Below are positions 9,481 through 17,977 of a stretch of 46,788 nucleotides of DNA, piece by piece. A program made the translations under genes and the position numbers. Where the stretch lies: assembly GCA_040752415.1 (NCBI GenBank), contig JBFMGU010000058.1:1-46788 (forward strand), given 5' to 3'. Position 1 is the stretch's first letter; each line of letters opens with the position of its first letter. Origin of the DNA: Myxococcota bacterium. Lineage in GTDB: Bacteria > Myxococcota > JACRCW01. The notes under the pieces were generated by a model that was not told where the DNA came from, ran no database searches, and was given only the letters and a program-made list of their open reading frames with translations.

Positions 9481-11154
9481 CTACTTCTGCTTCGCGGGCT
9501 GCACGGGCGGCGGATAGGTGGCGATGATGTCCGTCCACATGATCCGGTCAAATGCGGGCACCTGCGGCGGGACCGGCGCCTTCTCGAGGAGGCGGGTCTT
9601 CCGGGGCCCGTCCGGAAGCGTGTCCAGCGCGGCGCGTGCACCCTTGGCGTCCCCGGCGCGCGCGCGACACGCCGCTTCCACCGCCGTGGCCATCTGCGCG
9701 TGTCCCGGGTTCGCCTGTTTGCCACGCGCCGTGCGGCCCGCGTCAATGGTCTTGAGGCACGCCGGCGTATCTCCGGACATGAGGAGCACGTAGGCATGGA
9801 TGGCATAGGACCACTCGCCCTCCTCATGCGCGTCGACGGCAACCCGCGTGAGCTCGCGCGCGGCCGGGTAGTCACGCTTGAACACGGCAATAAGCTGGCC
9901 GAGCTGCGTCCGGAACTCGGAATTGCGCGGGTCCAGCTCCACCGCGCGACGGCACAGCGCAATGGCGTCGTCGGCCTTGCCCTGGGAGGCCAGGGAGATG
10001 CACACCGCGTAGGTTCCGAGCGCGTAGTCCGGCTTGAGGGCGAGCGCACGCTGCTCCAAGGCCAGCGCCTCGTCGTTCCGGCCCGTGCGCCACAGGTGGA
10101 AGGCCAGGTACGTCAGCGCCTCGTGGTACGCGGGTCGCAGCTCCAGGGCCTTGCGCAGCGGTGCTTCCACGTCGGGATTCAGCTCCTGACCCCCGGAGGT
10201 CCACAGTGAGAGCGCAAGCCCCAGGTGGGCTTCCGGGATGTTGGGATCCAGCGCAATGACCTGGCGATACAACGCGGCGGCGCGCGCCTTGTCCCGTGGT
10301 CCTCCCACGCCGTGGAGTGCGTTGGACGCCTGCCCCAGGATGCGCAGCACCTCCATGCTGTTGGCAACCTTCAGGGCGAGCGCCGCGTCGCGGTCCGCCG
10401 AGGGCGGGATGTTCATGATGTCGACGATCCTCCCCGCCAGCTCATCCTGAAGCGCGAACACGTCGTCGAGCCTGCCGGTGGCCTCCACGGCCTGACGCAC
10501 GCGCCCGGTCTCCGCCTCGACGACGCGCGCGTGCAGTCGGAGCTTGTCACCCGCCTTCTGGTAGGAACCGGTCACCAGGAGCTGGGCGCCCACCAGCTTG
10601 CCCGCGTTGGCCGCCGACGCCGGGTCGATGGCCCCGGACTGACCCAGTGCCTGCTCGGCGAGGACCTGGTCCAGCTTCAAACGGTCGACCAGCACCAGCT
10701 TGCTTATCTGCCCGAGCTTGGTGACGAGGCTCTCGGCGATGCCGGTGCGCAGCCACTCGAGTTGTTTGTCACCCGCGAGGTTGTCGAATGGGAGCACCGC
10801 CAGCGTCCGCGTGGGGGCGAAGGCGAAGGGGTGGACGAGCTGGACGTTGGCGGCGGAGGCGGGAAACCTCACCTCACGCAGGGCGCCCACCACGCATGCC
10901 GCCACCGGCGCGCTGCCCAGCTGATCCTCGACGACGCGGATGTCGGCGGGAACGGCATCCTTGCCCAGCCTGATCTCCACGACGAGACGACCTTCCAACG
11001 TCGGATCCTCCTTGAGTCGGCTCTCGTAGCAAGCCTGCACCGCGGGCAAGGCGCCACGCACGGCGGCCTTGATGGGAGCAGCGTCCTGCTCGGCCCGGAC
11101 ATTCTGGGTTGCGCCGAGGAGGAGGAACGCGGAAAGCACGACGGAGCGGGGCAT
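9481..11154 (-). CDS. Secreted protein: AgmX/PglI C-terminal (TonB-C-like) domain + FlgO/CsgG/TolB-N-like domain + TPR repeats
   Basis: Signal peptide; VQACYESRLKEDPTLEGRLVVEI; LAVLPFDNL..GIAESL..GSYQ..LRLHARVV; several TPR helices (ALELRPAY, AVELDPRN). Confidence 0.8.
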   Translation of the reverse strand: MPRSVVLSAFLLLGATQNVRAEQDAAPIKAAVRGALPAVQACYESRLKEDPTLEGRLVVEIRLGKDAVPADIRVVEDQLGSAPVAACVVGALREVRFPASAANVQLVHPFAFAPTRTLAVLPFDNLAGDKQLEWLRTGIAESLVTKLGQISKLVLVDRLKLDQVLAEQALGQSGAIDPASAANAGKLVGAQLLVTGSYQKAGDKLRLHARVVEAETGRVRQAVEATGRLDDVFALQDELAGRIVDIMNIPPSADRDAALALKVANSMEVLRILGQASNALHGVGGPRDKARAAALYRQVIALDPNIPEAHLGLALSLWTSGGQELNPDVEAPLRKALELRPAYHEALTYLAFHLWRTGRNDEALALEQRALALKPDYALGTYAVCISLASQGKADDAIALCRRAVELDPRNSEFRTQLGQLIAVFKRDYPAARELTRVAVDAHEEGEWSYAIHAYVLLMSGDTPACLKTIDAGRTARGKQANPGHAQMATAVEAACRARAGDAKGARAALDTLPDGPRKTRLLEKAPVPPQVPAFDRIMWTDIIATYPPPVQPAKQK

Positions 11155-11322
11155 GGAGACTTCCGTGGATGGCGGTTGCCATCAACCGAGCACGGCTCCT
11201 GATCGTCGTCAATGACGCCGGTTCGAGATGCATCATGACACGACGCGCGCTACCCGGAATCGGAGTCGGTGAGTCATGCTCCCACGCCGACCCGCCTACG
11301 ATAGGGTCTCATTAGATTAGGG

Positions 11323-11430
11323 CTAGAGGCTCGCCGAGCCCTGCACGAAGCCGCACAGGGTCGAGCGTGGGAGGTGGACGCCCTCACGACGGAAGATGCG
11401 CTCTTGCCGGTGCAGTGGGATGTCCAAACC
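11323..11430 (-). pseudogene. IS66-family transposase (TnpC) fragment
   Basis: Manual minus-strand translation gives GLDIPLHRQERIFRREGVHLPRSTLCGFVQGSASL*, matching the IS66 PLYRQ...G..L.RSTL motif. It is not in the ORF track. Confidence 0.7.
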
Positions 11431-11484
11431 TGGACGACCGCTCGCGATTCGAGATTGCGTGAACGTCGTCGCTGAAGGCTGAGG

Positions 11485-12062
11485 GGCCAGCGGCGTCAGG
11501 GGCTGCGTCAGAACAAGTTGGCCAATTCGGTCCGATGCCCTCGAACACCTAACCCCCCACGTTCATGCCGTTCTGCACGGGGGCAATCGGTCAACCGTTG
11601 ACCTCTTTTCCGACGACAAGTCGCGTTGGTCTCAAACGAGTGCCCCCCTTCCCCGGCTCGGTGACGACGGAAAATTGGTACTGGGGAAGGGGGGCGAGCG
11701 TGCAGAACGGCATGAACGTGGGGGGGGTGGGTGTTCGAGGGCATCGGACCGAATTTGGACACTCGTTCTGACGCAGCCCCTCAAGTGGAGCCCATGCTTC
11801 ATGCGCGTCCATCATGCCACGTCGTGGACACCGGTGCCCGTGCGCCGACGAGATGACCGAGCCAGGGCGGTGCTCGCGCCTTTGTTCCGTCGGACCGGGG
11901 GCGCGGCACCGCAGTCCGAAAGCTCGCGCCGCTTGACTTGGGGACCGGGACGCTCGCAGGGCCGTCGTCGTCACTCCGCGATGCGGAAGCCGCGCACCAC
12001 CGCGGCCAGGATGCACGGCGGACCCGGCTGGGCCACGTAGTGGTGCGACGTGCCGGGCGCCA
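11485..12062. repeat. Direct repeat copy 2 (interrupted by the MITE)
   Basis: Aligns to 9114-9371 once the MITE and one TCA are removed; encodes the same MKHGLHLTPLA start on the minus strand. Confidence 0.85.
11499..11780. mobile_element. 282-bp non-autonomous MITE-like element with ~80-bp terminal inverted repeats and TCA target duplication
   Basis: Ends GGGGCTGCGTCAGAAC...GTTCTGACGCAGCCCC; the imperfect inverted repeat extends about 80 bp; TCA at 11496-11498 and 11781-11783; no transposase inside. Confidence 0.85.
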
Positions 12063-12585
12063 TCTCCAGGAAGTCACCCGCGCGCGCAATCTCACCGCTG
12101 GTCAGGTCCAGGTAGCTGCCCTGCAGGATGAGCGTGAGCTCTCCGCCGTCGTGGTGATGCACGGGGAAGTGCGCGCCGGGCTGCAGCTTCACGAACCCCA
12201 CGTCGGCGCCCACGGTGCGCGGACCGCCCGTCAGGTGCCAGAACTGGATGCCCTCCGCCGGGCCCGGTCCCCACTCGCCCGGTCCCGCCAACGCGGCCAG
12301 CAGCTCCGCGGCCCGCTCCCGCGTCACGTCCAGCATCTCCGCCAGCCTCCGACGGAACGGCGCCAGCGGGTCCCGGTCCAGCGACGCCAGCAGCTGGTCC
12401 TTCACCGACGGAGACGGTGTCACCGTGTCTTCGGCGCCCAGCGACTCCACCATGGCGATGACCGCGGCGAGCTCGGCACGGAGCGCGGGATGGGCGGACA
12501 GCGCAGACTCCACCGCCGTCCGCTCGGATTCCTCGAGCGCCCCCAGCGCGTAGTCCCACAACCGGTCCACCGTGACGTCGTTCAT
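11971..12585 (-). CDS. ChrR-like cupin-domain anti-sigma factor
   Basis: N-terminal YALGALEESER anti-sigma helix; cupin PGAHFPVHHHDGGELTLILQGSY..PGTSH; overlaps the ECF sigma stop (ATGA). Confidence 0.8.
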   Translation of the reverse strand: MNDVTVDRLWDYALGALEESERTAVESALSAHPALRAELAAVIAMVESLGAEDTVTPSPSVKDQLLASLDRDPLAPFRRRLAEMLDVTRERAAELLAALAGPGEWGPGPAEGIQFWHLTGGPRTVGADVGFVKLQPGAHFPVHHHDGGELTLILQGSYLDLTSGEIARAGDFLEMAPGTSHHYVAQPGPPCILAAVVRGFRIAE

Positions 12586-13166
12586 TCCCGTTTCCTGTCA
12601 ACCTCGTCCAACGCGGCGCGCAACTTGGATAGTCCGGCCGCCGTCCTGGATTTCACCGTGCCAATGGGCAGGTCCTCCCGCTTTGCAATCTCCGACGCGC
12701 TCAATCCCTCATAGAAACCCAGGGCCAACACCCGACGCTGCTCCGCCGGCAACGCAGCCATTGCGCGCTGGATGGCCACGCGCTCCACGCTGGCGGTGGG
12801 ACGGGTGGACTCCTCCCACCCTTCCGCCCCTCCCATGGATACGGCGCGACGACGTTCCGCGGATCGCAGTCGGTCCAACGCCCGAGAGCGCATGCGCAGG
12901 ATCAACCACGCACGCACCGGGGCGCGGTTGGGGTCGTAGTCGGCGGCGGCGCGCCACACCTCGAGGAACACGTCGTGCAACGTGTCTTCCGCCTCCCGAC
13001 GGTCGCCCAACATGCGCTGCCCCAGCCCCAGCAGCACGCCGGCGTGACGGTCATAGAGTGCGGCCAGTGCTTCCCGGGAGCCCCGCGCCACTTCCGCCAC
13101 CAGCGCGACGTCGTCGGCCGCGGCGGCGGTGCGCTCTCCACGCGTGGGGGGGCGGGCCAGCACCAT
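12582..13166 (-). CDS. ECF-family RNA polymerase sigma factor
   Basis: AEDTLHDVFLEVW (region 2), RSRALDRLR, EGLSASEIA..PIGTVKSR (region 4.2). Confidence 0.9.
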   Translation of the reverse strand: MVLARPPTRGERTAAAADDVALVAEVARGSREALAALYDRHAGVLLGLGQRMLGDRREAEDTLHDVFLEVWRAAADYDPNRAPVRAWLILRMRSRALDRLRSAERRRAVSMGGAEGWEESTRPTASVERVAIQRAMAALPAEQRRVLALGFYEGLSASEIAKREDLPIGTVKSRTAAGLSKLRAALDEVDRKRE

Positions 13167-13291
13167 GAGCTTGTTGTGCTATCAGGCCGCCGGCGGTCAT
13201 GCCACCGCGCAATCCCGTTCCCGCTCCCGTGGCGCGCGGCGCGTCGAACCGATCCGGCCCCTGCGGCGTATCACCTTGATGGCCTGGACCC

Positions 13292-14044
13292 TCAGAGGCA
13301 CGCGTCCTCGACGCAGCTCCAGCTCTCGCACCAGCGCGACTCCAGGCAGTAGTTGCCGGTAGGCAGTTGCGCGCTGCACTGGCCGGGCGCGTAGCTGGCG
13401 CCGGTGTAGGTGCAGAATCCCTCGCAACAGTCGCCGTCCCAGTAGCAGGCGCCGTCCTGCGGCAGGCACCCGGGAAGACGACACACGCCCAGCGCGCACA
13501 TCCCCGACGCACACTCCGCGTTCTCGCGACAGTACTCGCCCGCCTCCCGCAGCGGCAGGCAGCGGCCCATGATGTACTCCTGGAAGCAGAAGTTCCCGTC
13601 GCAGCACGTCGACACGCCAGGCTCGCACTCCTCGTCCTGTGGCACGCACGCGTCGGAAGGCGTGACGCACACGTTGTCGCGGCACACGCCGCTGCTGCAC
13701 CAGTTGTCGGCGATGCAGTAGTTGCCGTCGGCCTGCGGCAGCGCGCATTGGCCGGGCGCGTAGCTGTAGGCAAAGCCACCCCAGGTGCAGAAGCCGGCGC
13801 AGCACTCTTCGTCGGCGTAGCACTGCTGGTCGGTGGGAACGCAGGTGGGGCCGGCGTCCACGGTTTCCTCGTCGTGGAATCCGGCGTCTTCGGTGGGTGG
13901 GCCCACATCGTGCTCGGGCTCCGACGGACCTGCGTCGGGCTCCGCGACGGGATCCTCGTCGGGGCCGGCGCCAGGGTGCGGCGCACCGGTGGTGCAGGCA
14001 AGGCAGAAGAGGGGCAGCAACAGCACGGCGTGGTGCAGTCTCAT
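13292..14044 (-). CDS. Cysteine-rich repeat lipoprotein
   Basis: Lipobox FCLAC, acidic DAG linker, three C-x6-C-x5/7-CC-x3/4-C modules each followed by a Dickkopf-like 4-Cys unit; GGAG RBS before ATG 14044. Confidence 0.75.
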   Translation of the reverse strand: MRLHHAVLLLPLFCLACTTGAPHPGAGPDEDPVAEPDAGPSEPEHDVGPPTEDAGFHDEETVDAGPTCVPTDQQCYADEECCAGFCTWGGFAYSYAPGQCALPQADGNYCIADNWCSSGVCRDNVCVTPSDACVPQDEECEPGVSTCCDGNFCFQEYIMGRCLPLREAGEYCRENAECASGMCALGVCRLPGCLPQDGACYWDGDCCEGFCTYTGASYAPGQCSAQLPTGNYCLESRWCESWSCVEDACL

Positions 14045-14070
14045 GGCATCTCCCATTGACGGTGACGACG

Positions 14071-14292
14071 TCAGAACACGGTGTAGACGAACGGCGCGAA
14101 GTACTCGATGGCGGTGACGACGGAGAGCAGCACGGACGCGCCGAGCATCACGCCCACCATGGGAATGAGCCACCAGCGTCCGTTGCGGACCAGCAGGGAA
14201 CAGAGATTGCCCAGGGTGGACGCGCGCACCGCCGCACGACGCGTGACGCCCAGGGAAGGCGCGGGAACCAGGTTGGTCGACATCGGTTTCAT
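14071..14292 (-). CDS. DUF5989 / SxtK-like small membrane protein
   Basis: RWWLIP...hydrophobic helix...APFVYTVF C-terminus; ATG overlaps the carbamoyltransferase stop. Confidence 0.8.
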   Translation of the reverse strand: MKPMSTNLVPAPSLGVTRRAAVRASTLGNLCSLLVRNGRWWLIPMVGVMLGASVLLSVVTAIEYFAPFVYTVF

Positions 14293-16040
14293 GCGTGCGG
14301 TCTCCTCTCGACCAGGCAGTCCTCGAGGACGAGGAAGTCCAGCTCCGAGCGGGCAAACACGCCGTAGGCCTCCGCGGGGGAAGCACACAGCGGCTCGTCC
14401 TTGAGGTTCATGGAGGTGTTCAGCAGCACGCCCACGCCGGTGCGCGCGCGGAAGGCGTGGAGCAGGTCATGCAACGCCTCGCTCTCTTCCCGACGGACCG
14501 TCTGCACACGCGCGGTGCCGTCCACGTGCGTCACGGCGGGAAGCACGGTGCGTCCCTCGTCGGTGACGGGCACCACGGTGAGCATGAACGGCGTGAGCGC
14601 CTCCTCGCGACCCTCGTGCAGGTGGAAGTAGCGTGGCGCCTCGTCGGCGAGGACGGCGGGAGCGAAGGGACGGAACGACTCGCGGTACTTGATCTTGCGG
14701 TTGACGCGGTCCTTCATGCCGGCGTCCCGTGCGTCGGCGAGGATGGAACGGGCCCCCAGCGCACGCGGTCCCCACTCGAAGCGGCCCTGGAAGAATCCGC
14801 CCACCTCACCCGCGTCCAGACGTCGCGCTACCTCCGCGTACAGCTCCTCCCGACGGGAGAACGCCTGGTGCGGCACCCGGCAGTCCGCGAGGAATCGCCG
14901 GATGTCGTCGGGAGCGTAGGCGGCGCCGAGCAGCGGGCTGGCGGTTTCCGACGGGCGGGGCACACCGTGCAGCACGTGGGTGGCCCACAATGCCGCGCCC
15001 AACGCTCCACCCGCGTCGCCCGCGGCGGGCTGCACGAACACACGACGGAAGGGACCCTCCGTGGCCACGCGGTGGTTGGCAACGGAGTTCAGCGCCACGC
15101 CGCCCGCCATGCAGAGGTTCTCCTCGCCAGTGATGCGGTGGGCCTCATGCGCCAGCGTCAGCATGTAGCGCTCGGTGAGCTGTTGCAGCGAGGCGGCAAT
15201 GTCCGCGAACCGCTGGTCCTCCGACGACACCGCGGGAAGCGCGAGGGGCGAGCCGGGCTCACGCGCGGGACCGAGGAGCTTCTCCAGCGCGGGAGTGAAG
15301 CTGCGCGTGGGATGCCGGTGGAAACAGAAGTACCGCATGTCGAGCTCGAGCGAGGCGTCGGGGGAGATGCGGCACAGCTGGGAGAGCTCGTCGGAGAAGA
15401 TGGGGCGGCCGTAGGGCGCCAGGCCCATGACCTTGTATTCCCCGTCGTTCACCTCGAAGCCGAGGTACGCGGTGAGCGCCGAGTAGAGGAGGCCGATGGA
15501 GTGCGGGAAGTGCAGCTCCTTGATGGGCTCCAGCCGGCATCCCTTGGGCGTGGTGACGCCATGATGAATCGCCGTGGTGGTCCACTCACCCACGCCGTCG
15601 GCGGTGATCACGGCGGCGCGCTCAAACGGCGAGGTCAGGAACGCGCTGGCCGCGTGCGAGAGGTGATGCTCGCCGAAAAGCAGTTGCTCCGGCGCACAGC
15701 CCAGCCGCTGGCAGATGTCCGCCTTCAGCCACAAGCGACCCGAGAGCCACGTCGTCAAGCTGCGCGTGAGCTGGGGAATGGTGGCGGGGAAGTCCCGCAA
15801 TCCGGTGACCAGGATGCGCTCGAACTTGCGCAGCGGCTTCTCGTGGAACACCACGTGGTCGACGTCCGCCATGCTGAGGCCGGCCTGCGCAAGACAGAAC
15901 GCCGCCGCTTGCACGGGAAGGTCGGAGTCATGCTTGCGCCGACTGAAGCGCTCCTCCTGCGCGGCGGCCACCACCTTTCCGTCGACGACGAGCGCCGCGG
16001 CCGAATCATGGAAGTAGGCGCTGATTCCCAGGATCTTCAT
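14289..16040 (-). CDS. O-carbamoyltransferase (NodU/CmcH/SxtI family)
   Basis: MKILGISAYFHDSAAAL, QEERFSRRKH, EHHLSHAASAF, GEYKVMGLAPYG, EWGPRALGARSIL, KYRESFRPFAP, HVDGTARVQTV, LLNTSMN. Confidence 0.95.
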   Translation of the reverse strand: MKILGISAYFHDSAAALVVDGKVVAAAQEERFSRRKHDSDLPVQAAAFCLAQAGLSMADVDHVVFHEKPLRKFERILVTGLRDFPATIPQLTRSLTTWLSGRLWLKADICQRLGCAPEQLLFGEHHLSHAASAFLTSPFERAAVITADGVGEWTTTAIHHGVTTPKGCRLEPIKELHFPHSIGLLYSALTAYLGFEVNDGEYKVMGLAPYGRPIFSDELSQLCRISPDASLELDMRYFCFHRHPTRSFTPALEKLLGPAREPGSPLALPAVSSEDQRFADIAASLQQLTERYMLTLAHEAHRITGEENLCMAGGVALNSVANHRVATEGPFRRVFVQPAAGDAGGALGAALWATHVLHGVPRPSETASPLLGAAYAPDDIRRFLADCRVPHQAFSRREELYAEVARRLDAGEVGGFFQGRFEWGPRALGARSILADARDAGMKDRVNRKIKYRESFRPFAPAVLADEAPRYFHLHEGREEALTPFMLTVVPVTDEGRTVLPAVTHVDGTARVQTVRREESEALHDLLHAFRARTGVGVLLNTSMNLKDEPLCASPAEAYGVFARSELDFLVLEDCLVERRPHA

Positions 16041-16043
16041 GGC

Positions 16044-16784
16044 TCAAGACTCCTTCCGTGCGTCGTCGAGGGTGCGCGGTGGTTGCGGGGCGGGCTGCCA
16101 GCCGGTGCTGGGGCGGTCCGTCCACTGCTGCAAGAGTGCGAAGGGCGGGAGGATGAACAGCACCATCAGCGTGATCAGCGCGCGCGCGACGACGTCGCCG
16201 ATCTGTCGGCCGGAACGACGCCACGCGTCCCAGGCGCGACGGAAGCGGATGTGCATCAGCGCCAGGGTGACCTCACGTGCGCGTCCCTCCCGACGCCACC
16301 GTTCCAAGTGCTTCCCGCTGTAGGAGACGTGGAAGCGTTCCTCGCGGCTGATGGTGTGGAAGAGCGGTTGCAGCTCGGGATGGTCGTGGAAGTGTTGCGC
16401 CAGCGAACGGAACTGCGCCTCGCCGCGCTTCTCCGCCAGGTGCACGAACGCGATGAACCCGACGAGGCCGTAGCGCTCCAGCAGGTTCTGGCGCGTGGCG
16501 TGGATGAGGTTGTACTCGGAGGCGGCATGCCGCGCCTCCGGAAGCAGGCGGCGGGAAGCGTCACGGAACATCCGCGCGTGGCGCGCTTCATCCAGGGCGT
16601 GACGGAAGAACTGACGTCGGAGCGCGGGATCCTCGACGAGCTCCGCGGCCTTCAGCATGTCCAGCGCGCTCCCCGCTTCCGTGGCGGCAAAGCCCTCCAG
16701 CTTGGCAGCCATCCGCGCGCGCGAGCGCCACACGAACGGCGCGGTGAGACGGACCAGGCGGTCCACGAGGACGTCCGCAATCAT
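16044..16784 (-). CDS. Ferritin-like di-iron protein with SxtJ-like C-terminal membrane segment
   Basis: E..DEARH and E..EERFH paired metal motifs; C-terminal W...G..IGDVVARALITLMVLFILPPFALL resembles SxtJ. Confidence 0.7.
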   Translation of the reverse strand: MIADVLVDRLVRLTAPFVWRSRARMAAKLEGFAATEAGSALDMLKAAELVEDPALRRQFFRHALDEARHARMFRDASRRLLPEARHAASEYNLIHATRQNLLERYGLVGFIAFVHLAEKRGEAQFRSLAQHFHDHPELQPLFHTISREERFHVSYSGKHLERWRREGRAREVTLALMHIRFRRAWDAWRRSGRQIGDVVARALITLMVLFILPPFALLQQWTDRPSTGWQPAPQPPRTLDDARKES

Positions 16785-17851
16785 GGCAGGGCTCCAGCAA
16801 CACGCTCGTCCAGCAGCCGGGCGACGGCTCGGGCAACGGCGGCGTGTCCGCGAGGTGAGAGGTGGTAGTCGTCAGGGAGGAACGCGCCGGGTGAGGCGTC
16901 GACGAGAGTGGGGAGCAGGTCCAGTCCGCGCACGCCCAGGTTGCGCGCGTCAATGAGCAGGTCCTCGGCCAGGTTCGCCACGGGTGTGAGGTCCACGGGC
17001 TTGCTGCGGTACTTGCGCCACTCGTCGGGATGGACCTGCACGTCCATGGGCAGCACCACCAGGCTCAACGTGCAGCCCTGCCGGGCACACAACGCTGCCG
17101 ACGCGGCGACGTGACGCGACACGCGCGAGAGATACGGCCCCTCGGGACGAGACAGCTGTGGCAGCTCCCGGAGCACGCGCAGCGCAGCGTCGGCGGGAGG
17201 CACCGCGGGCTCGCGCACCGTGCTCACCAGCTCGCGCATGGCGAAGAACAGGTGGGAACGACCGAACAGCCACGCGCGACCGGGAAACTCCGTCGTCGAC
17301 GTTGGAGTGTCGGTGTGGCGCGTGGTCCAGCCGTCGCGCGCGGTGTTGCGCCGGTGGTTCGGCACCGTGGTCTCGAACCAGTCATTGGCGACGTTGGCGA
17401 CGAACACCACGTGCTCCGGCCGATAGACCGGCAACAGGTCCTCCAACGCCAGCACCGACTCCGTGGGCCCCCACGTGGGAACCGCCACCGCCATGCCCTG
17501 GAGTGGAACGTTCAGTTGCGCGGCGAGGGAGTCCTCGTAGGCCACGCCGTAGCCGAACACCTGGCTGTCGCCGAGGAGCATCACCCGGCCCGGAACCACG
17601 GCTGACGACGGTGTCCGCTCCGGGCCGCGGAAGCCCGCGCTGTTGACGTGGATGTCGGTGAGTCGGCCGGTGCGGCTGCGGATGCGGGTGTCCGCGCCGG
17701 GAATCAATGTCACGCCGTAGCGCGCATCCGCCTGGAAGATGTTGAGGTAGGGGAACGCGTGGCGACGCACCAGCCCCGCCGCCTGCTCCGCGACCAGCAG
17801 CGAGAGCAGCGTCGAGCACAGGGCCAGCAGCACGTTCCGCACGATCACCAT
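16781..17851 (-). CDS. Membrane-anchored SGNH/GDSL hydrolase-like protein
   Basis: N-terminal TM helix, NSAGFRG, LGDSQVFGYG block I, AND block III, DDYHLSPRGH block V. Confidence 0.85.
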   Translation of the reverse strand: MVIVRNVLLALCSTLLSLLVAEQAAGLVRRHAFPYLNIFQADARYGVTLIPGADTRIRSRTGRLTDIHVNSAGFRGPERTPSSAVVPGRVMLLGDSQVFGYGVAYEDSLAAQLNVPLQGMAVAVPTWGPTESVLALEDLLPVYRPEHVVFVANVANDWFETTVPNHRRNTARDGWTTRHTDTPTSTTEFPGRAWLFGRSHLFFAMRELVSTVREPAVPPADAALRVLRELPQLSRPEGPYLSRVSRHVAASAALCARQGCTLSLVVLPMDVQVHPDEWRKYRSKPVDLTPVANLAEDLLIDARNLGVRGLDLLPTLVDASPGAFLPDDYHLSPRGHAAVARAVARLLDERVAGALP

Positions 17852-17977
17852 GCGCAAGGTGATAGCGGCCGGACACTGTGTTGAGAATCAGTATTTTATT
17901 CACACGACAATATGGAAACGCAATACGCTCGCTGCGCGCTGCGAGGACGCGGATGGGTCTGCTATCGATGGTGACGG

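Noticed and set aside
14071..17851. Saxitoxin biosynthesis cluster
   Set aside because: Only the generic sxtI/J/K/L-like cassette is present; no sxtA, sxtG or other core genes.
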